The translations under genes were made by a program, and so were the position numbers. Positions 24,611 to 38,248 of a stretch of DNA of 64,000 bases are shown here, one piece after another. Origin of the DNA: Eledone cirrhosa (Eukaryota); NCBI GenBank assembly GCA_964016885.1, contig OZ024742.1:234112001-234176000 (forward strand), in the 5' to 3' direction. Each line of letters begins with the position of its first letter. Positions within the stretch are counted from its first letter, which is position 1. The notes below the pieces were generated by a model. The model ran no database searches. It had not been told where the DNA came from and saw only the letters and a list, made by a program, of their open reading frames with translations.

Positions 24611-25789
24611 GCTGAAAGAAGCCCTTATACAAGAAGCTCTCAACTACTTCCAACAAAGCCTTCTCATGAGTTGTTAGAGTATGCTTTATTTATGTTTTTC
24701 ATAATGCTTCCAATTTATCAATAAATAGATTTATTTTTCATTTATTTTTGCTTAAAATGTAGTTTATTTTAATTTATTCAAGAAATTTGCTTTTTCAAAC
24801 CACAGATAATTATTAGATAATTTGCAAAGAACATTTTAGTTCTATCCATGTTGTGGAATATAGCATATGATTCCTATTTATATGAGTAATATGTATATTG
24901 AAATTTAATCAAAATACTTTTTTTCTGTCAATCTCATTAATATGTATGTTTGAGAACTAGATACTTTATAATCAATATCCAGTTTAGTGGCTCAAATTCT
25001 TCTGTTCAAATGTTGCACATTCATCATTTTAGAGTTGAGATGGCCAAGTAAATAAGCTACTGTACTTATTACTTTGATGTTATTGTACAAGGCAGTTGAG
25101 ATCTGCTTTAACTCTTTTGTCTAACATCAAGGGTTGGACAGGGCTTCTGACCGCCCAGACAGGCCAGGGTTTCACATCTCACTTACATATGGTTCTAAGT
25201 TCTACCAAGTGTATTTTATCATGGCACCAACACTAGAAAGGTTATGTATTTGACACAACTGGAGGGTCCTTCCAACCTTTTGTTTGGCAAGCTTTCTATG
25301 GCTGGATGCCCTTCGTATGATCAACCACTTTACAGTGTGTACTAGGTGTGATTATTGAGTAGATCACCAACACTAGAGAGGTTGTCATGTAATAATACTG
25401 GTTCAAATCAAAATAGTCTGCTCCTTTTACTCTTTATCTTTCATGAAACTTCCATTCTCTTAATTTCTCTAAGTAGTCTTCTCTGAATGCATACATATGT
25501 GCTTAAGAAGGACAGTTTCAAAGGTATGAAACTAATGAGCTAAATCTCAAAAGTTGATGAAAGAAACTTAATAAAGTATAGTAACTTAGTTAAGTAATTT
25601 AGATTTGCACCAGAACATAGAACAACACATGACATATATCTAGTGAAAAAAAAAACTACAATATTTTAGCTCAGAACAAATATTGCATTCAATGATATAG
25701 AAAAGACCTTTGACTGAGTTCTTGGCCTCTTATGAGGTATCTCATAAGAGGTTTCTCAGGTGTTTTGGTGATAGGGGCTCCACATCTAT

Positions 25790-25910
25790 CTTAGAAATCA
25801 ACATGAAATGAAGCATCTTCTCAAGAACACAATGCACCACCAGTCCAGGAATCTAATCTATGACCTTATGATTGTGAGTCCAACACTGTAACCACTAAGC
25901 CACATACCTT
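25790..25910 (-). mobile_element. CORE-type SINE 5' part (family B)
   Basis: Minus strand begins GTGGCTTAGTGGTT (A-box), later TGTGTTCTTGAGAAG. Confidence 0.6.
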
Positions 25911-26051
25911 TGTATTTCTATAGTTTGGTGGATACTAAATGGTTTGAAAGCTATGCACAGTTTAGGACTGTGAAGAATTTAAACTACAACTAGGTGTTCC
26001 TGGGCTCTGTCTTCACACCTTTTCTTTCATTATAGTTCTTGAGGTAATAAT

Positions 26052-26230
26052 TGTTTCTACTTTTTGGCACACGGCCAGCAATTACCCAGTACATTACTGG
26101 TACTTTATTTTATCGACCCCGTAAGGATGAAAGGCAAAGTTAACCTCGGCGGGATTTGAACTCAGATCATAAAGGGACATAACTATGCTAGAAAGCATGG
26201 CGTCTGACCCTCTACCGATACTGCCAATCC
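26052..26230 (-). mobile_element. tRNA-derived SINE family A
   Basis: Close match to the 63478-63665 copy; flanked by a GTAATAAT direct repeat. Confidence 0.9.
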
Positions 26231-27119
26231 GTAATAATGCAAGCCTACTGATATTCTGGTTCTTTTTGTATAAAACATTTGAAATCTGGATGAACAATTT
26301 AAAGTTGAAAAGTTAACACAACAAAGCACTGATTAGTAACAGTGAACACAGCATACCAATATGTAAGATATTAAAGTTTGTTTAAAGCAAATAATGGGTT
26401 CACAAAAGTTGGAGTGAAATTTCTTTCTAACTGACAATCAGAATCGTCGTCATCACTATTTGTCTATTTTCCCACGGTTGTTCTTTGTATTTGATATGTG
26501 GGAGTAGTCAGCAGCAGGAGTACCTAAGAAATGAAATCAATGGCCTGCTCTGAAAGCTTGTTATGTTATTTAATAGTTGACCTATTTAGTGCTAAATATG
26601 ATTGTAATACCTAAAGAAAAGGTGCACAGAAAGAGAGCCATGTTACTTAGTTAACAACGTAAGGAATGCATTGTATAAAATGTGTTAGTAGTGTGGCACT
26701 ACATGATAGATAAACATAGTCATTGGATGTAAATCAGTCAATTGAAAATGAGCTATGTATGTTCTGTTGAATGTGAAACAAAGATGCATAAAGGGTGAAG
26801 CACAAGTTAACTGAGACATTTGACATTAAAAGACATCATTGTCGTTTTAATGGCCGCTTTCCCTGCTAGCAAGAGTTGGACAGTCAGTATAAAGATATAC
26901 ATACACACACAGAATATATTATTATCTAATTGTGTATTCAAACTCAGTACTTTGTCATTAGAAGAAGAGAAGTAGGTGGGAAAGCCAAACTCACTATCTT
27001 CAGGTCTGTATTCATGCTTACCTTTACCTATGATCATGAATATTGGGTAACAACTGAAAGAATACGATTGTGAATATAAGTGGTTGAAATAGTGTTCCAG
27101 CAAAGAGTCTCTAGGTTAA

Positions 27120-27535
27120 TGTTACTTGATAGAGTTCATAGCTCAAAGATTAGAGAGTTGCTCCAAGTAAAGCTGCTACATCTCCAAAATGAGAGATCAC
27201 AGCTCTGGTACTACAGACATGTGGTTAGAATATCTAAGGAAGAATTGCTGGACTGATTTTGTGGGCAAAGCCAGCCAGAACGAGACCCAGAGGTAAACCA
27301 TGAGCAAAATGGTTGGATAACACCTATAAGTTTGACTGGTCCCACTTAGAAATCCAATGAGGCCATTCAGAGATGGTTGCTTCTGATAAGACCCTCTCAT
27401 GACTAAGTGGGTGAAGTAGATAATGTATAAACACAAAAGTATCACCCTTTATCGGGCTGAATAGTGTCAAGAAGTTTGTGGTCATGATATCTATTTTATC
27501 ATCGAGCCACATGAAAGTAGAACTAATGAGGTAAG
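27120..27535 (+). mobile_element. Old RTE-like 3' fragment
   Basis: Reverse-complement similarity to 4885-5110. Confidence 0.65.
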
Positions 27536-27814
27536 AGTACTCTAGTAAAAACTTGAGTATTTTATGTTTTTAACACATGGCTTTTATTGCTTTGTTCACA
27601 AATATTTCCCTAGTCCTTGTATTGATATTTGGTTTAGACCTGTACCTCAATTAGAAACAAATATAGAATATTCCAAAATAAATAAGACTTTGCTGTGTCA
27701 GATCTTTCACATTTTTTTTATTTTTTAAGTTATCTTTAATTGGCAATCTTTTTACCAATTTCGTTTCTGAATTTGTTTAGCAAGATTCTTTATCTGAAAT
27801 CGTGTGTTGAAACC

Positions 27815-27891
27815 GATATTGTTATACTTTAGGAGGGTCATGTTGCCAATAACTTATTGGCAACATGACCCTCCCAAAATATAACAATATC
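27815..27891. repeat. 38-bp-arm near-perfect palindrome within a TSD-flanked insertion
   Basis: GATATTGTTATACTTTAGGAGGGTCATGTTGCCAATAA-C-TTATTGGCAACATGACCCTCCCAAAATATAACAATATC; ATCTTTTTACCAAT repeated at 27746 and 27889. Confidence 0.9.
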
Positions 27892-28514
27892 TTTTTACCA
27901 ATGTTTTCCTTATATATGTTGGATTTGAATTATTTAACAATAGAAATAATTCATTAAAAATATTTGTTTCAATAAGTTTGGTTTCTATATTTCATTTTTA
28001 TATATCAAACATGTTCCCATGCTCTGAGTGCTTCTTATCATGACACTAGCACTAGGGAGGTTGTCATCATCATCGTTTAACATCCATCTTCCATGCTAGC
28101 ATGGGTTAGATGAGTTGTCCTGTTTGAGGCAAGTCAGGTCATGTGACTATGTCTTTCTCATACAGAACTGTTTCTGGCTTGGTTTCTATGGCCTTTCCTA
28201 ATGCCAATCACATTTACAGTGTGTGCTGGGTGCTTTTTGTCATAACTCCTACATGACCACTTTACAGTGTGGGCTTTACATATGTACATATATATAAAAG
28301 AACATTTAATAGTTTGACTCTTTCATTGCTTGATTTCTTTTTTGTTTCCTTATTGCCATTTACAGTGTACAGTTTTTATCACATTTTACCTTTAGTTTAA
28401 TAAATAATATTTCAAATAGTTTCCATTAGGTTATGTGATACTATATTTCATCTATTATTTTTCCTTTTATTTCTCACTCACCTCATTCTTTTTTCATTAT
28501 ATTTTCTCATGGGC

Positions 28515-28715
28515 ACTGGATTAGCAGTTTCGGTAGTGTTGGACAAAATGCTTTGCAGCATTTAGTTATGACTTTCTACATTCTGAGTTCAAATCCTGTC
28601 ACGGTTAGCTTTGCCTTTCATTTTTATGGGGTCAATAAAATATAGTACCAGTAAAATACTGGAGTCAATTTAGTCGACTTTCCTCTTCCTGGCTTGTACC
28701 AAAAGTAGAAATATA
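28515..28715 (+). mobile_element. SINE family A, older copy
   Basis: GAGTTCAAATCC B-box plus TTTGCCTTTCAT..GGGGTCAATAAAAT..GTACCAG. Confidence 0.85.
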
Positions 28716-29589
28716 TTTTTTCTCACCATTAATCATTATTTTGTAAACAAATTAGAATACAAAATCCTTTTCAAAATAACTGACGACTGCACAATAAAAC
28801 ATCGTGCTTTTGATAATAAACAAGTATTTAGAGGGATTTAGAAATATTTTATTTACTTGGTGTTTGATATATAACTTGACAGGTTTTTTACATAAAAATA
28901 TGATGGAAGGTTTTTAGATAGATATAAACACTTTAAAATAAACAATTTTGTACATAGAACTAGGGACAGTGTGCTATCAAAAGGATTAAATTCTACTCCC
29001 TACTTTTAATACAAATAAACATGTTCATCTACCTGGATTTGACTTTTTTTTATTACTCTCATCCTTAGAGATAATTGTGGACCTTTTGTGTATTTTAAAA
29101 TATACATGCATAATATAATATTGCTATTTATAATATAGTAATGCTATATATTCACTTACCAACAGAATTGAAAGGTCAATTTTAAATATTTCTGGTTGTT
29201 TTGAAAAGTATGTGTCAAAGCACATTATAGCATATTACATTTTCATAGTTTCTTTTTAATGTTCAATCCTGATTGTTTTAGCTAATGCTAACTGCCTTTA
29301 TATCTACATTGTTTGTGATTAGAATATTTGATCTTTAAACTAAACTTATTTTATTCATTTATGATTTGCCATCTTATTACTTATTTTCAAAAGTTTCTAT
29401 ATAAATCATTCCAAAGTCTTTAATTTATAAGCAATTTCTTTCTTAAGTCACTCAGTTACATACTAATAATCCCATGATGGATTTTAAAAATTCTAATACA
29501 TGAATACTAATTAACACAGTAACTTGTAAGCCTTCTCTCAATAAGAGGAATCAAACTCACTCGACAGCCTTCCACTTTCAACGACTGGA

Positions 29590-30455
29590 CAACTCAACAT
29601 CGCTACCCCAGTGATGCTGGCCTGGACGGTGTGTGGGAGCCCATGCGTAAGCCGTCTCATCTCAGCAGACAGAATGGAGAAAATGTTGCCCTATAGGATG
29701 GCAATGGAGACACATTGGAATAACTATTCCATCTTGCAAGGCTTGCTCTACCCAGATAGTAATGAGTAGGGAGGTAGTCAGAGGGGCCAAGAACACTGCT
29801 GCTACAAGTTCAACCACAAACCTGTCCAAGAGCAACAGATACTTGAACAGTTTGTGATCTTCAGCTTGAGGAGCAGTGAAGCCTAGGTTAGTCGCTGAAT
29901 GCACCAGGTTTCCACTGGAGGTGTCATTGCATGTAGCATTCCAGATGAGGTGCTTACCATCATGGAATAAGATCATTATGCCATCTGGCCTTTTGCCCTC
30001 TGCTTGGTCCAGCTACAGTTGGGATGGCAAGCCTGCAGCAGCCAAATCGGGCTTTATGATCTCATTGAGAGCAGCCGGCTCTGTAATGGCACGATAGTGG
30101 GTGGAGGCTGAAAGTCCACCATAGATCCATAGTGGCATATGTGTTGCTCACAGATCTGGTGGTCAAGCCTATGGGAAACACCAATGCACTATCAGTCACT
30201 ATCCAGTTGAGTGCTGGTTGAAAGCAAAGGTATGATATTAATCTAGGCATCACATCCAGTATCATCAAACTAGACATTGCATATCTCCCCAGTAACCCCT
30301 CAGACACAGCTGTCAAGATTCCTGAGGATGACTGTAGCAGGAGGCTCTATGAAAGGTCTGTAGAAGTTTTGGCATAGCAAAGCAGTTTCTCAACCTGACT
30401 GCCCATAAGAGTTTCAAACTGGCAAAACCTGGACCTGAGTGTAGAGCAATTAGTG
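29590..30455 (-). mobile_element. CRE-like LINE relic (Zn-knuckle plus RLE)
   Basis: HPLSCHYRAG..ALNEIIK..AGLPSQL..EGKRPDGI..GKHLIWNATCNDT..AEDHKLFKY..VSIAIL*GN. Confidence 0.85.
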
Positions 30456-30559
30456 GACAGGAGGATGAGATAACTTCCTTCATGGTAATTGATGTTCACA
30501 ATCTCTGACTTAGACAAGTTGTATGTTTAAAATTATTAAATAATACAATATAATATGTA

Positions 30560-30845
30560 TTGGACCTCCGTTGGTTTTGATGACACGTGTCTTAGTTGTC
30601 TGAACAACAAAACAGCCTGCTCATGAAATTAACGTGCAAGTGGCTGAGCATTCCAAGAGACATGTTCTTTTAATGTAATTGTATGGTTGGCCCTTTGAAT
30701 AACAGGTGCAACTCACTTTTGCCAACTGAGTGAACTGAAGCAGTATAAAATAAAACGTCTTGCTGAAGGACACAGCCTGCTGCTAGGAATTGAGCACACA
30801 ATTATATGATCCTAAACCAAACAACCTAACTACTAAGCAACATGA
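30560..30845 (-). mobile_element. CORE-type SINE (family B), near full length
   Basis: Minus-strand tRNA-like head TGCTTAGTAGTTAGG, then TGTGTCCTTCAGCAAGACGTTTTATTT and CAGTTCACTCAGTTGGCAAAA. Confidence 0.7.
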
Positions 30846-30867
30846 AATTGATTATTATTATTTATTT

Positions 30868-31295
30868 ACAGTGGATTGGCAGTATCAGTAGAGCATTGGT
30901 CAACGTGCTTTGTGGCATAGTTATGGCCCGTTATGGTCTGAGTTCAAATCCTGCTGAGGTTAGCTTTACCTTTCATCCTTATGGGGTCAATAAAATAAAG
31001 CACCAGTAACAATACACTGAGGTCAATTTAATTGACTTTCCCCATCCTCAGAATTGCTGGCCTTGTGCCTAAATCAGAAACCATTATTTACTTACAGTGA
31101 ATTAGTAGTATCAGTAGAGCAGTGGACAACATACTTTGCAACATATAATTATGACGTTTGCATTCTATGTTCATATCCTGTCGAGGTTAGCTTTGCCTTT
31201 CATCCTTACATGATTGATATGATAAAGCACCAGTAATGCACTGGGGTTGATTTAATTGTACAGTTGGCATTGTACTTAAATCAGAAGCTATTATT
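30868..31295 (+). mobile_element. Two head-to-tail SINE family A copies
   Basis: Two consecutive head-body-tail units (about 30868-31090 and 31095-31295). Confidence 0.85.
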
Positions 31296-31534
31296 TACTG
31301 TCTTCAGCAATCTTGGTGAATCAGAAGTAAAATATTACCCTTTAAAAGAAAATACAGAGACATAAGATGGTTGTCTGTATGGCCCTATTAATGCCTGATG
31401 GCATCATATGGGCACCATTGTTATTTAGGTTAAACATGGCAGAGCCCATCCCTCGCCAGATCTGAAGATAGCTGATTTCTTCCAGAGGAGAGAAAGAGTG
31501 ATAGAAAGAAAATGTGAAAGAGATACAAAGGAAA

Positions 31535-31695
31535 AATCAACCCCAGTATTTAACTGGTACTTTTTTTTTATCAACCTCGAAAGGATGAAATGCAAAGTTG
31601 ACCTCAGTGGGATTTTAACTCAGTGCGCAATGAGCTGGGGCGAATACCTCAAAGCATTCTATCGGATATTCAAATAACTCTGCTAATTCGCTGCA
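31535..31695 (-). mobile_element. SINE family A, older copy
   Basis: ACTGGTAC..TCAACCTCGAAAGGATGAAATGCAAAGTTGACCTCAGTGGGATT. Confidence 0.8.
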
Positions 31696-32384
31696 TCTTT
31701 CGATGGTTTGAAACTTCTATAAAAACTTTGAACCATACTAGAAAGGCTAATTGCTATTTAATTAGCTACCTTAATTAAAAGAAAAATGAACATCTTTTCT
31801 TCAAGTTGAATAATGTGGAGTGTGTGTAGAGCAAATATCTCACTTAATCGTATATTGTTTTAAGAAGTGATTTTTTTTTTTTTTTTTTTTTAATTGTCAG
31901 TGACATGGTAATTAAAACATTTGATAGGAAATTACTCATTTAATTTGAGATTAGAATAAATTCTGCCTTAATGTACCGTACTTTATAAATGGCTTGTTTA
32001 TTGGAAAGCCATGAGCACAGCTCCTTTCCTCCAGACCAACCAATATATATATTTGCAGTAATATGATATTTTGTAGAAATCCTGATTAACTTCTAGTGTA
32101 TTACTCGTTGAACAAGAAAGTATATTATGATTTGGGAGCACTTTTTCATTTAAACCTAGCTATTTTACCCACCCCCTCTAACTTTTTTATGCTTTAAATC
32201 AGAAACTGATTACGGTTAGATTTACAGTTGTAATTGGGCCCACTGCTAAAGAAGGGGTCAATGGATGGCACTGCTCTCTTACCTTTCAATGGTGCACTCT
32301 CAGATTTAGAACATAGTTTATAAAAAATGATGTCTTGAACTAATTTTTCTTCTGAAAACTAAGACAAATATTTCATAAATCATT

Positions 32385-33730
32385 ATCATCATCATCATTT
32401 TATGCCTGCTTTTCCATGCTTGCATGGGTTGGCTGGGTCTTTTTCAGCGCAGCATCCCTCCACTTATCTCGTCCCCTTCATCATCTCTGAGTTTCAGCAG
32501 TTTGAGATCAGATCTTCCTCGGTCTTCCTCTACTGTGGTTTTCTTAGACTGGGATTTCTTGGCACTTCTTCACTCAGTGATCATCATCCATACGCATCAC
32601 ATGTCCACACCAATGCAGTCTTTTCTCCTGCACACTACATCTGATTCTCTTATACCCGGTTTTTCACTCAGTTTGTCTATGCTTTATTATTCATGCACAT
32701 CCATTGAAGCATGCTCACTTCATTTCTCTCCAGCCTTCACTTATCCTCTGCAGTCACTGCTCATGTCTCACTACCATGCAGCATTACACATTGCACTCAG
32801 GTGTCATACAGCCAGCCTTTCGTTCATAGGGAGAAACCTTTTGTTGTCAACAGAGGTAGTTGCTCCCTAAACTTCTTCCATCTGTCGTTATTCTAGCTAT
32901 TATACTCTCAGAACACTCTCCTCCGCAGCTATTTAGATCATCTAGGTAGCAGAAGCTATGGATCCTCCTGCAATTGGTAAAGGTTTACATCACTGACACC
33001 CTTACTACCAGCTATCCCTGAACATTTACTACATTCAAAGTTTTCCTTTCTTGTTAGTCTGCTTGCACTACACCTCTTGTGTACCCAAGATTAGCAGTGT
33101 ATACGTTTTATAGAGTTTCTGTCTACTCCTTTTCTACATATCAAGCAAGGCCACTTCCCCAATGATATCAGAGCACTGTCTTCTTTCCTACTTACTAGCC
33201 CTTCTGTTTCCATGATCGGACAGCCAGTTTTAAACTCCTGTTATGTCTTGGAGAACTGTTATAAACAGATGTGGGCTGAGGAACATGTTTTGATGTACTC
33301 TTACCTGCAATTTGAATTCTTCATTATATAATTCCTGATAATTCCTCTGTTCATGGCTTGCACTGCTCTCACAAGCCATTCTTCTCCTAATTTCCTTAAG
33401 GATCACCAGATTACAAACCATAGTACTGTCAAAAGCATTCTCTAAATCAACAAAGCTAGATACAGAAACTTACTCTTAACTAGGAACTTCTTGTAGTTGT
33501 CTCACAAAATAGAAGGCATCTATGGTGCTCCTCTCTGGCATAAAACTGAACTGTATCTCATCTCATTTTTATTCCTTTAGTTGCTCCTTTCTAAAGAATC
33601 ACGTTTTTCTCTTGTACCAATTAATGAGTATACTGCTGTGCCATTCATTGAGTATGGCCCTGTCCTGTATAACCTGACTGACTATGCGAATGACTAGTTC
33701 AGCTTCTACTTCCCCAGATGCTTTCAGTAA
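32385..33730 (-). mobile_element. Old RTE LINE, about 1.3 kb, deleted and degenerate
   Basis: (CAT)n tail at 32385; EEFKLQVRVHQ..LSPHLFITVLQDIT; colinear with 45421-47018. Confidence 0.85.
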
Positions 33731-33937
33731 AAGTTAACCAAAGAAGCTGGTCAAAAAATTACCCAGGGAATTAGAGTCCCACCCAAAGCTCGGCTGCAAT
33801 ACTTTATTTGTGTGTATCATCATCATCATCATCGTTTTACGTCCATTTTTCCACATTAGCATGGGTTAGATGAGTTGTCCTGTTGTGGGCAATGCTAGGT
33901 CAGGTGACCATGTCTTGCTCATACAGAACTGATGTAA

Positions 33938-35258
33938 ATATATTTAGTTTACATTTGAAGTGGATGAATATATTTTATTTATATTTGTAAGAACATTTTC
34001 CTCCTTAATAAATTGAAACTAACACAAATGTAAATAAATATTGTTGCCTCAAACCATCAAGATGAAGCATGAGTGTATTTGAAAGCTTGAACACAAGGAA
34101 TAACTGTTAAAACAGCTGAATGCCGTCAATGACAATAAGTCGGGTAAGAATACCCTCAAGGACAGAAATCAGTGACCACTAGCTGATAAAAAGATAAGTT
34201 AAGTTGTGAGGTGGGTGAAAGGTAGGTGAAATGTGCTAGCCCGTATGAAGTGATAAGTAAAGAAGGAAGAAAAAAAGGACAATTTGAAATGAGGGTTACA
34301 ATAAGAGTTGAGATTGAAGTTATACACAATACAAAAATCACAGGTGCATCTGACCTTGTCAGCTCTCAATCTGACTTGCGGTTTCGCCCAAGTTGAGAGG
34401 ACTACCATTTTTTATGCAATCTTGTGCATCAAAAAATCAAAAACATTTCTGCTGGTATGATGTGTATGCAACAACAAAACAAACAATAGATGAACAGACA
34501 GACGAATCAGAGAGCTAGGTAAAGCATTCCTTGCTGGCAACGTGCCACTAGAAAGATATAGCCCTAGGGTGGAAGTGACAGCAGAAGCAGCAAGCATGAG
34601 ACTGGACAAGAGAAGAGTGGGGGATAGAGAAAAAAATAAAGTAAAAGGAGGAATGTAGTAAGTCCAAGGCCATGGTGCCTGTCCAAATTGGAAAGCTAAT
34701 AAAATCATAGCTATGATAAAGGTAAATGAACATTGTTGCCTTGAAAATCAAGATGAAGCAAGAGTGTATTTGAAATTCATAGGAAATAATTGGAAAACTC
34801 AAACGCAAAGAATAGCTGTTAAAACAGTCAAATGCTGTCAATGACAATAGCATGTAATTCGGGTAAAAATACTTCTAAAGACAGAAATGAGTGGTCAGTA
34901 GTTGATAGAAAGAGAAGTAAAGTTGTGAGGTGGATGTCAGGTAGATGAAATGAGCTGGCCGAAAACATTGAGGTCCTCTCAATTAATTTGTGCAAAACGC
35001 AAGCCAGATTAAGAGCTGACAAGTTCAGATGTTTCATCGACCTGTCATCTACCTCAAAACTTAACTTTTCTCTTTATCAACTACAGGCCACTGATTTCTG
35101 TCCTTAGGAGAATTTTTACCTGATTTACATGCTGTTGTCATTGACAGCATTCAACTGTTTTAACAGCTATTTCTAACATTTGAATTTTTAACTTTTCTGA
35201 AAGTTTTCAAATATAAATGACATATTTTATACACTTCAAGTTCAAACAAAATATATTC
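33938..35258. mobile_element. Foldback/long-TIR non-autonomous DNA element with an extra internal copy of the arm
   Basis: About 200-bp unit (AACTGTTAAAACAG..ATGC.GTCAATGACAA..GACAGAAAT..AAGTTGTGAGGTGG..AGGTAG.TGAAA) direct at about 34040-34240 and 34732-34960, inverted at about 35030-35215. Confidence 0.7.
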
Positions 35259-35530
35259 ATAAAAACATACAAACAAACCAAAAAAGTACTGTAAGTGTAG
35301 ATCTCCTAACTCATATCAATTTCTATTTTTAAAAAAAATTAAAAAGAAAAAAAAAGAATTATTAGTAGATTCTGAATCTCTGGTATTCAACACATAAAAA
35401 TCTGAAGAAAAATCTTTTAAAGAAAAACATAATAAAAATGTTTGACTTGTAGAGGATTAAAAGAAAATCGATGCTTAACCCTTTTCATACCAACCTGGCC
35501 AAACCCAGCTCTGGTTCTATGAAACAAGAC

Positions 35531-36236
35531 ATCATCATCATCACCGTTTTACGTCCATTCTTCCACGCTAGCATGGGTTAGACGGGTTGTCCTGTTGTGG
35601 GCAGTGTCCGGTCGGCTGACCATACCTTGCTCATACGGGAACTGATTCTGGCTTGATTTCTACAGCTGGATGCCCTTTCTAACACCAACCTCATTTACAG
35701 TGAGTGCTGGGTGCTTTTTGCGTGGCGCCTACACGTCCACTTTACAGTGTGGGCTGGGTGCTTTTTTGCCGTGGCACATCCACGACCACTTTGCAGTGGG
35801 AGGGTGTGGGGGCATATTGTCTATATGCTTCAGCTTCGGCTTGTACCCGTGGGGCGTCGGGTCTTCTGTATTACTGCATGACACCAGAGGTCACGGTCAT
35901 GTGTCATTGCCTTTGAGAGGTGTAATTGGGTAAGGTCGGCTTTTATCACCTCATCCCAGGTTTTCTTGGGTATCCACCCTCCGCGGTTTCCATCGCGGTT
36001 TCTGCACCTTTTTATGCAGCTGTCATCCTTCATACGCATCACATGTCCATACCAACGCAACCGCCTCTCCTGCACACAGCATTTGATTCCTCTTATGCTC
36101 AGTCTCTCTCTCAATTCATTTATGCTTTGCCGTTCGCATATGTTACTATTACACATCCATCGGAGCATACAGGCTTCGTTTCTTTCTAATCTACGCAAGT
36201 CTTCTGCAGACAGCGCCCAGGTCTCACAACCATGCA
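35531..36236 (-). mobile_element. Young 5'-truncated RTE LINE
   Basis: ORF 35830..36237 HGCETW..RRLERNEACMLRWMC..RRLRWYGHVMRM; highly similar to 45418-46130; (GAT)n tail. Confidence 0.95.
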
Positions 36237-36289
36237 TATTAAAAGATTCCTATTTAAATTAAAATCTTCCACACACCGGCTTGTCAAAT

Positions 36290-36735
36290 CACACCACACA
36301 TGCAATAACTTCATACTTATCTCCTTTCTATCGACCCCCATCCCCACAGGTGGTTGGTGAGAGGAATGGCACCCATAGAAACCATGTCTATTAGAAAGGG
36401 CAGGAGAACCCTTCAATCGTGTCACTAGTGTTAGTGATCTACATGATAAATGCACCCAGTACACACTGCAAAGTGGTTGGTGATAGGAAGGGCATCCAGT
36501 CGTAGAAATCTTACTAAACAAAGGTTGGAAGGACTCTTCGGTTGTGCCAAAGACATAACAACCTCTCCTGTGCACTTGGTAGAATGTGAAAACCATACAT
36601 TAGCGAAATGCAGAACCCCTGGCTTGTCTGGGAGGTCCGTAGCCTCACTTCAGTACTGACTTGGTCTATGTAGACCCATCCAACCTTTGCTAACAGGGAA
36701 AGCAGACATTAAACAATGATAATGATCATGATGAA
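36290..36735 (+). mobile_element. RTE-related 3' UTR / non-autonomous element
   Basis: GCACCCAGTACACACTGCAAAGTGGTTGGTGATAGGAAGGGCATCCAG..GACATTAAACAATGATAATGAT. Confidence 0.7.
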
Positions 36736-38248
36736 CTATATCTTAAGTTACTGTCTTGGTGATGAAATAATAATTAATTGAAATACAATGTCTTTGATTA
36801 GAAATATGCTCACGAAAGGGTTAAACAACTACAACTCATATTTTGTGGTAATCTGCGAAATATCTAGTTTTGAACAAAGATAGAGAAGCATGATGTATTG
36901 GATAGTTAATAAGATTGTTTCTAAAAGCCTTACTAATATAAAATGTTAGTTAATTTTTATTATTTTCAAAATTATTTGAAACATAGGCAGTGTATTTCAA
37001 AAGGCTATTTTCATTCATCACAAATTTTAGAGAGCCAAGTGGAATACTTTACAAAGTTTAGTTCAATATCTCATTTCCTTGATATTCTCTCAAAGTTGGC
37101 TTTTATTCTTTTAAGGCTGATAAAAGAATTATCAATCACTTGTATTGACTATTTTCCTGTATTTTACAAAAATGATCTTGTGCTTTGGTAAAAGAAGGCT
37201 GTCTTCATTATGAAAAGTGCAGCAGCTTAGATAATACACCAAACCCATGTGCTGTAGTCAGATTCCCCATTGTTAATGCCATGATGTGTTACTTAGTTCT
37301 ACTTATGAAGAAATAATGATTGGCAGTTGCAGAAAGATATAAATAAAAGGTTTTCTGATTCAATTGCTCGCGTGAAGATAGACGTTAATCAATGATGAAT
37401 CAACATCCTGTCTAGGGGAAAGTCTTGTATTCTCAGTCACTAAACACTGATGAAAAATGAAACTGGAAATAAGCACCAGCTTGATGGCTTGGGACAGACT
37501 TTAACTTAACTAACTTATTCAATACAAGGACTTTGAATTTAACATGTGAAATCATTATTTATCCTTTCTAACTTGTGAATGATGTCTTAATTCTGTGTTT
37601 TTGTTTGAATATAAGTCTAATGATTAATATAAACTTTAACAAAAACACCTATTGTTATTTTTTCAAGCTGTTAGTTTTTACATCAGATAATTAGTTTCAT
37701 AACATCATCATCATTGTTTAACATCCATTTTCCATGCTTGCACAGGTTAGACAGGTCAGGTGACCATATTTTGCTCATATGATACGTTCTTGACCTGGAT
37801 TTCTATGGTTGGATGCACTTCTTATTGCCAACCACCTTACAAGGTGGACTTGGTGCTTTTATTGTATCACCAACATGACCAAGCTACTTCTGAAATAAAA
37901 TTAAATTCAACTGTTAGAGCAAACTTATCTTCCTCCTCATTATCATCAGCTTCATTTTAAGTTTGTTTTACCATGCTTGCATGGGTTGGATAGAATGTTT
38001 CTAACACAGCATTTTGCCACCTGTTGCAGTCCTTTTTCATTTATTTGGTGAGGTTTAACCTCTTGAGATCATCTTCAATGCTTCTCAGTCTTCTACTTGA
38101 AGTACCTAGCACATCTTTCCCCAACCGTCAATCTCCATGCGCATCCTATGTTTTATATATATATCTAATAGGGCATCCAGCCGTAGAAAACCTGCCAGAA
38201 ACAGTTCTGTATGAGCGAGACACTGTCTCCCGACCAATCTTGCCTTAT

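Larger units (their letters stand above)
35479..36820 (+). mobile_element. piggyBac-type MITE (family P2) interrupted by two RTE-related insertions
   Basis: TTAA-CCCTTTTCATACCAA ... CGAAAGGG-TTAA; uninterrupted relatives at 41610 and 56943. Confidence 0.7.

Noticed and set aside
37386-37455. C/D box snoRNA-like pair (ATGATGA..CTGA)
   Set aside because: Only a 3-bp terminal stem, no clear C'/D' boxes and no convincing guide of 10 nt or more
37447-37470. CTGATGA..GAAAC hammerhead-like core
   Set aside because: No room for stem II and no stem I or III pairing
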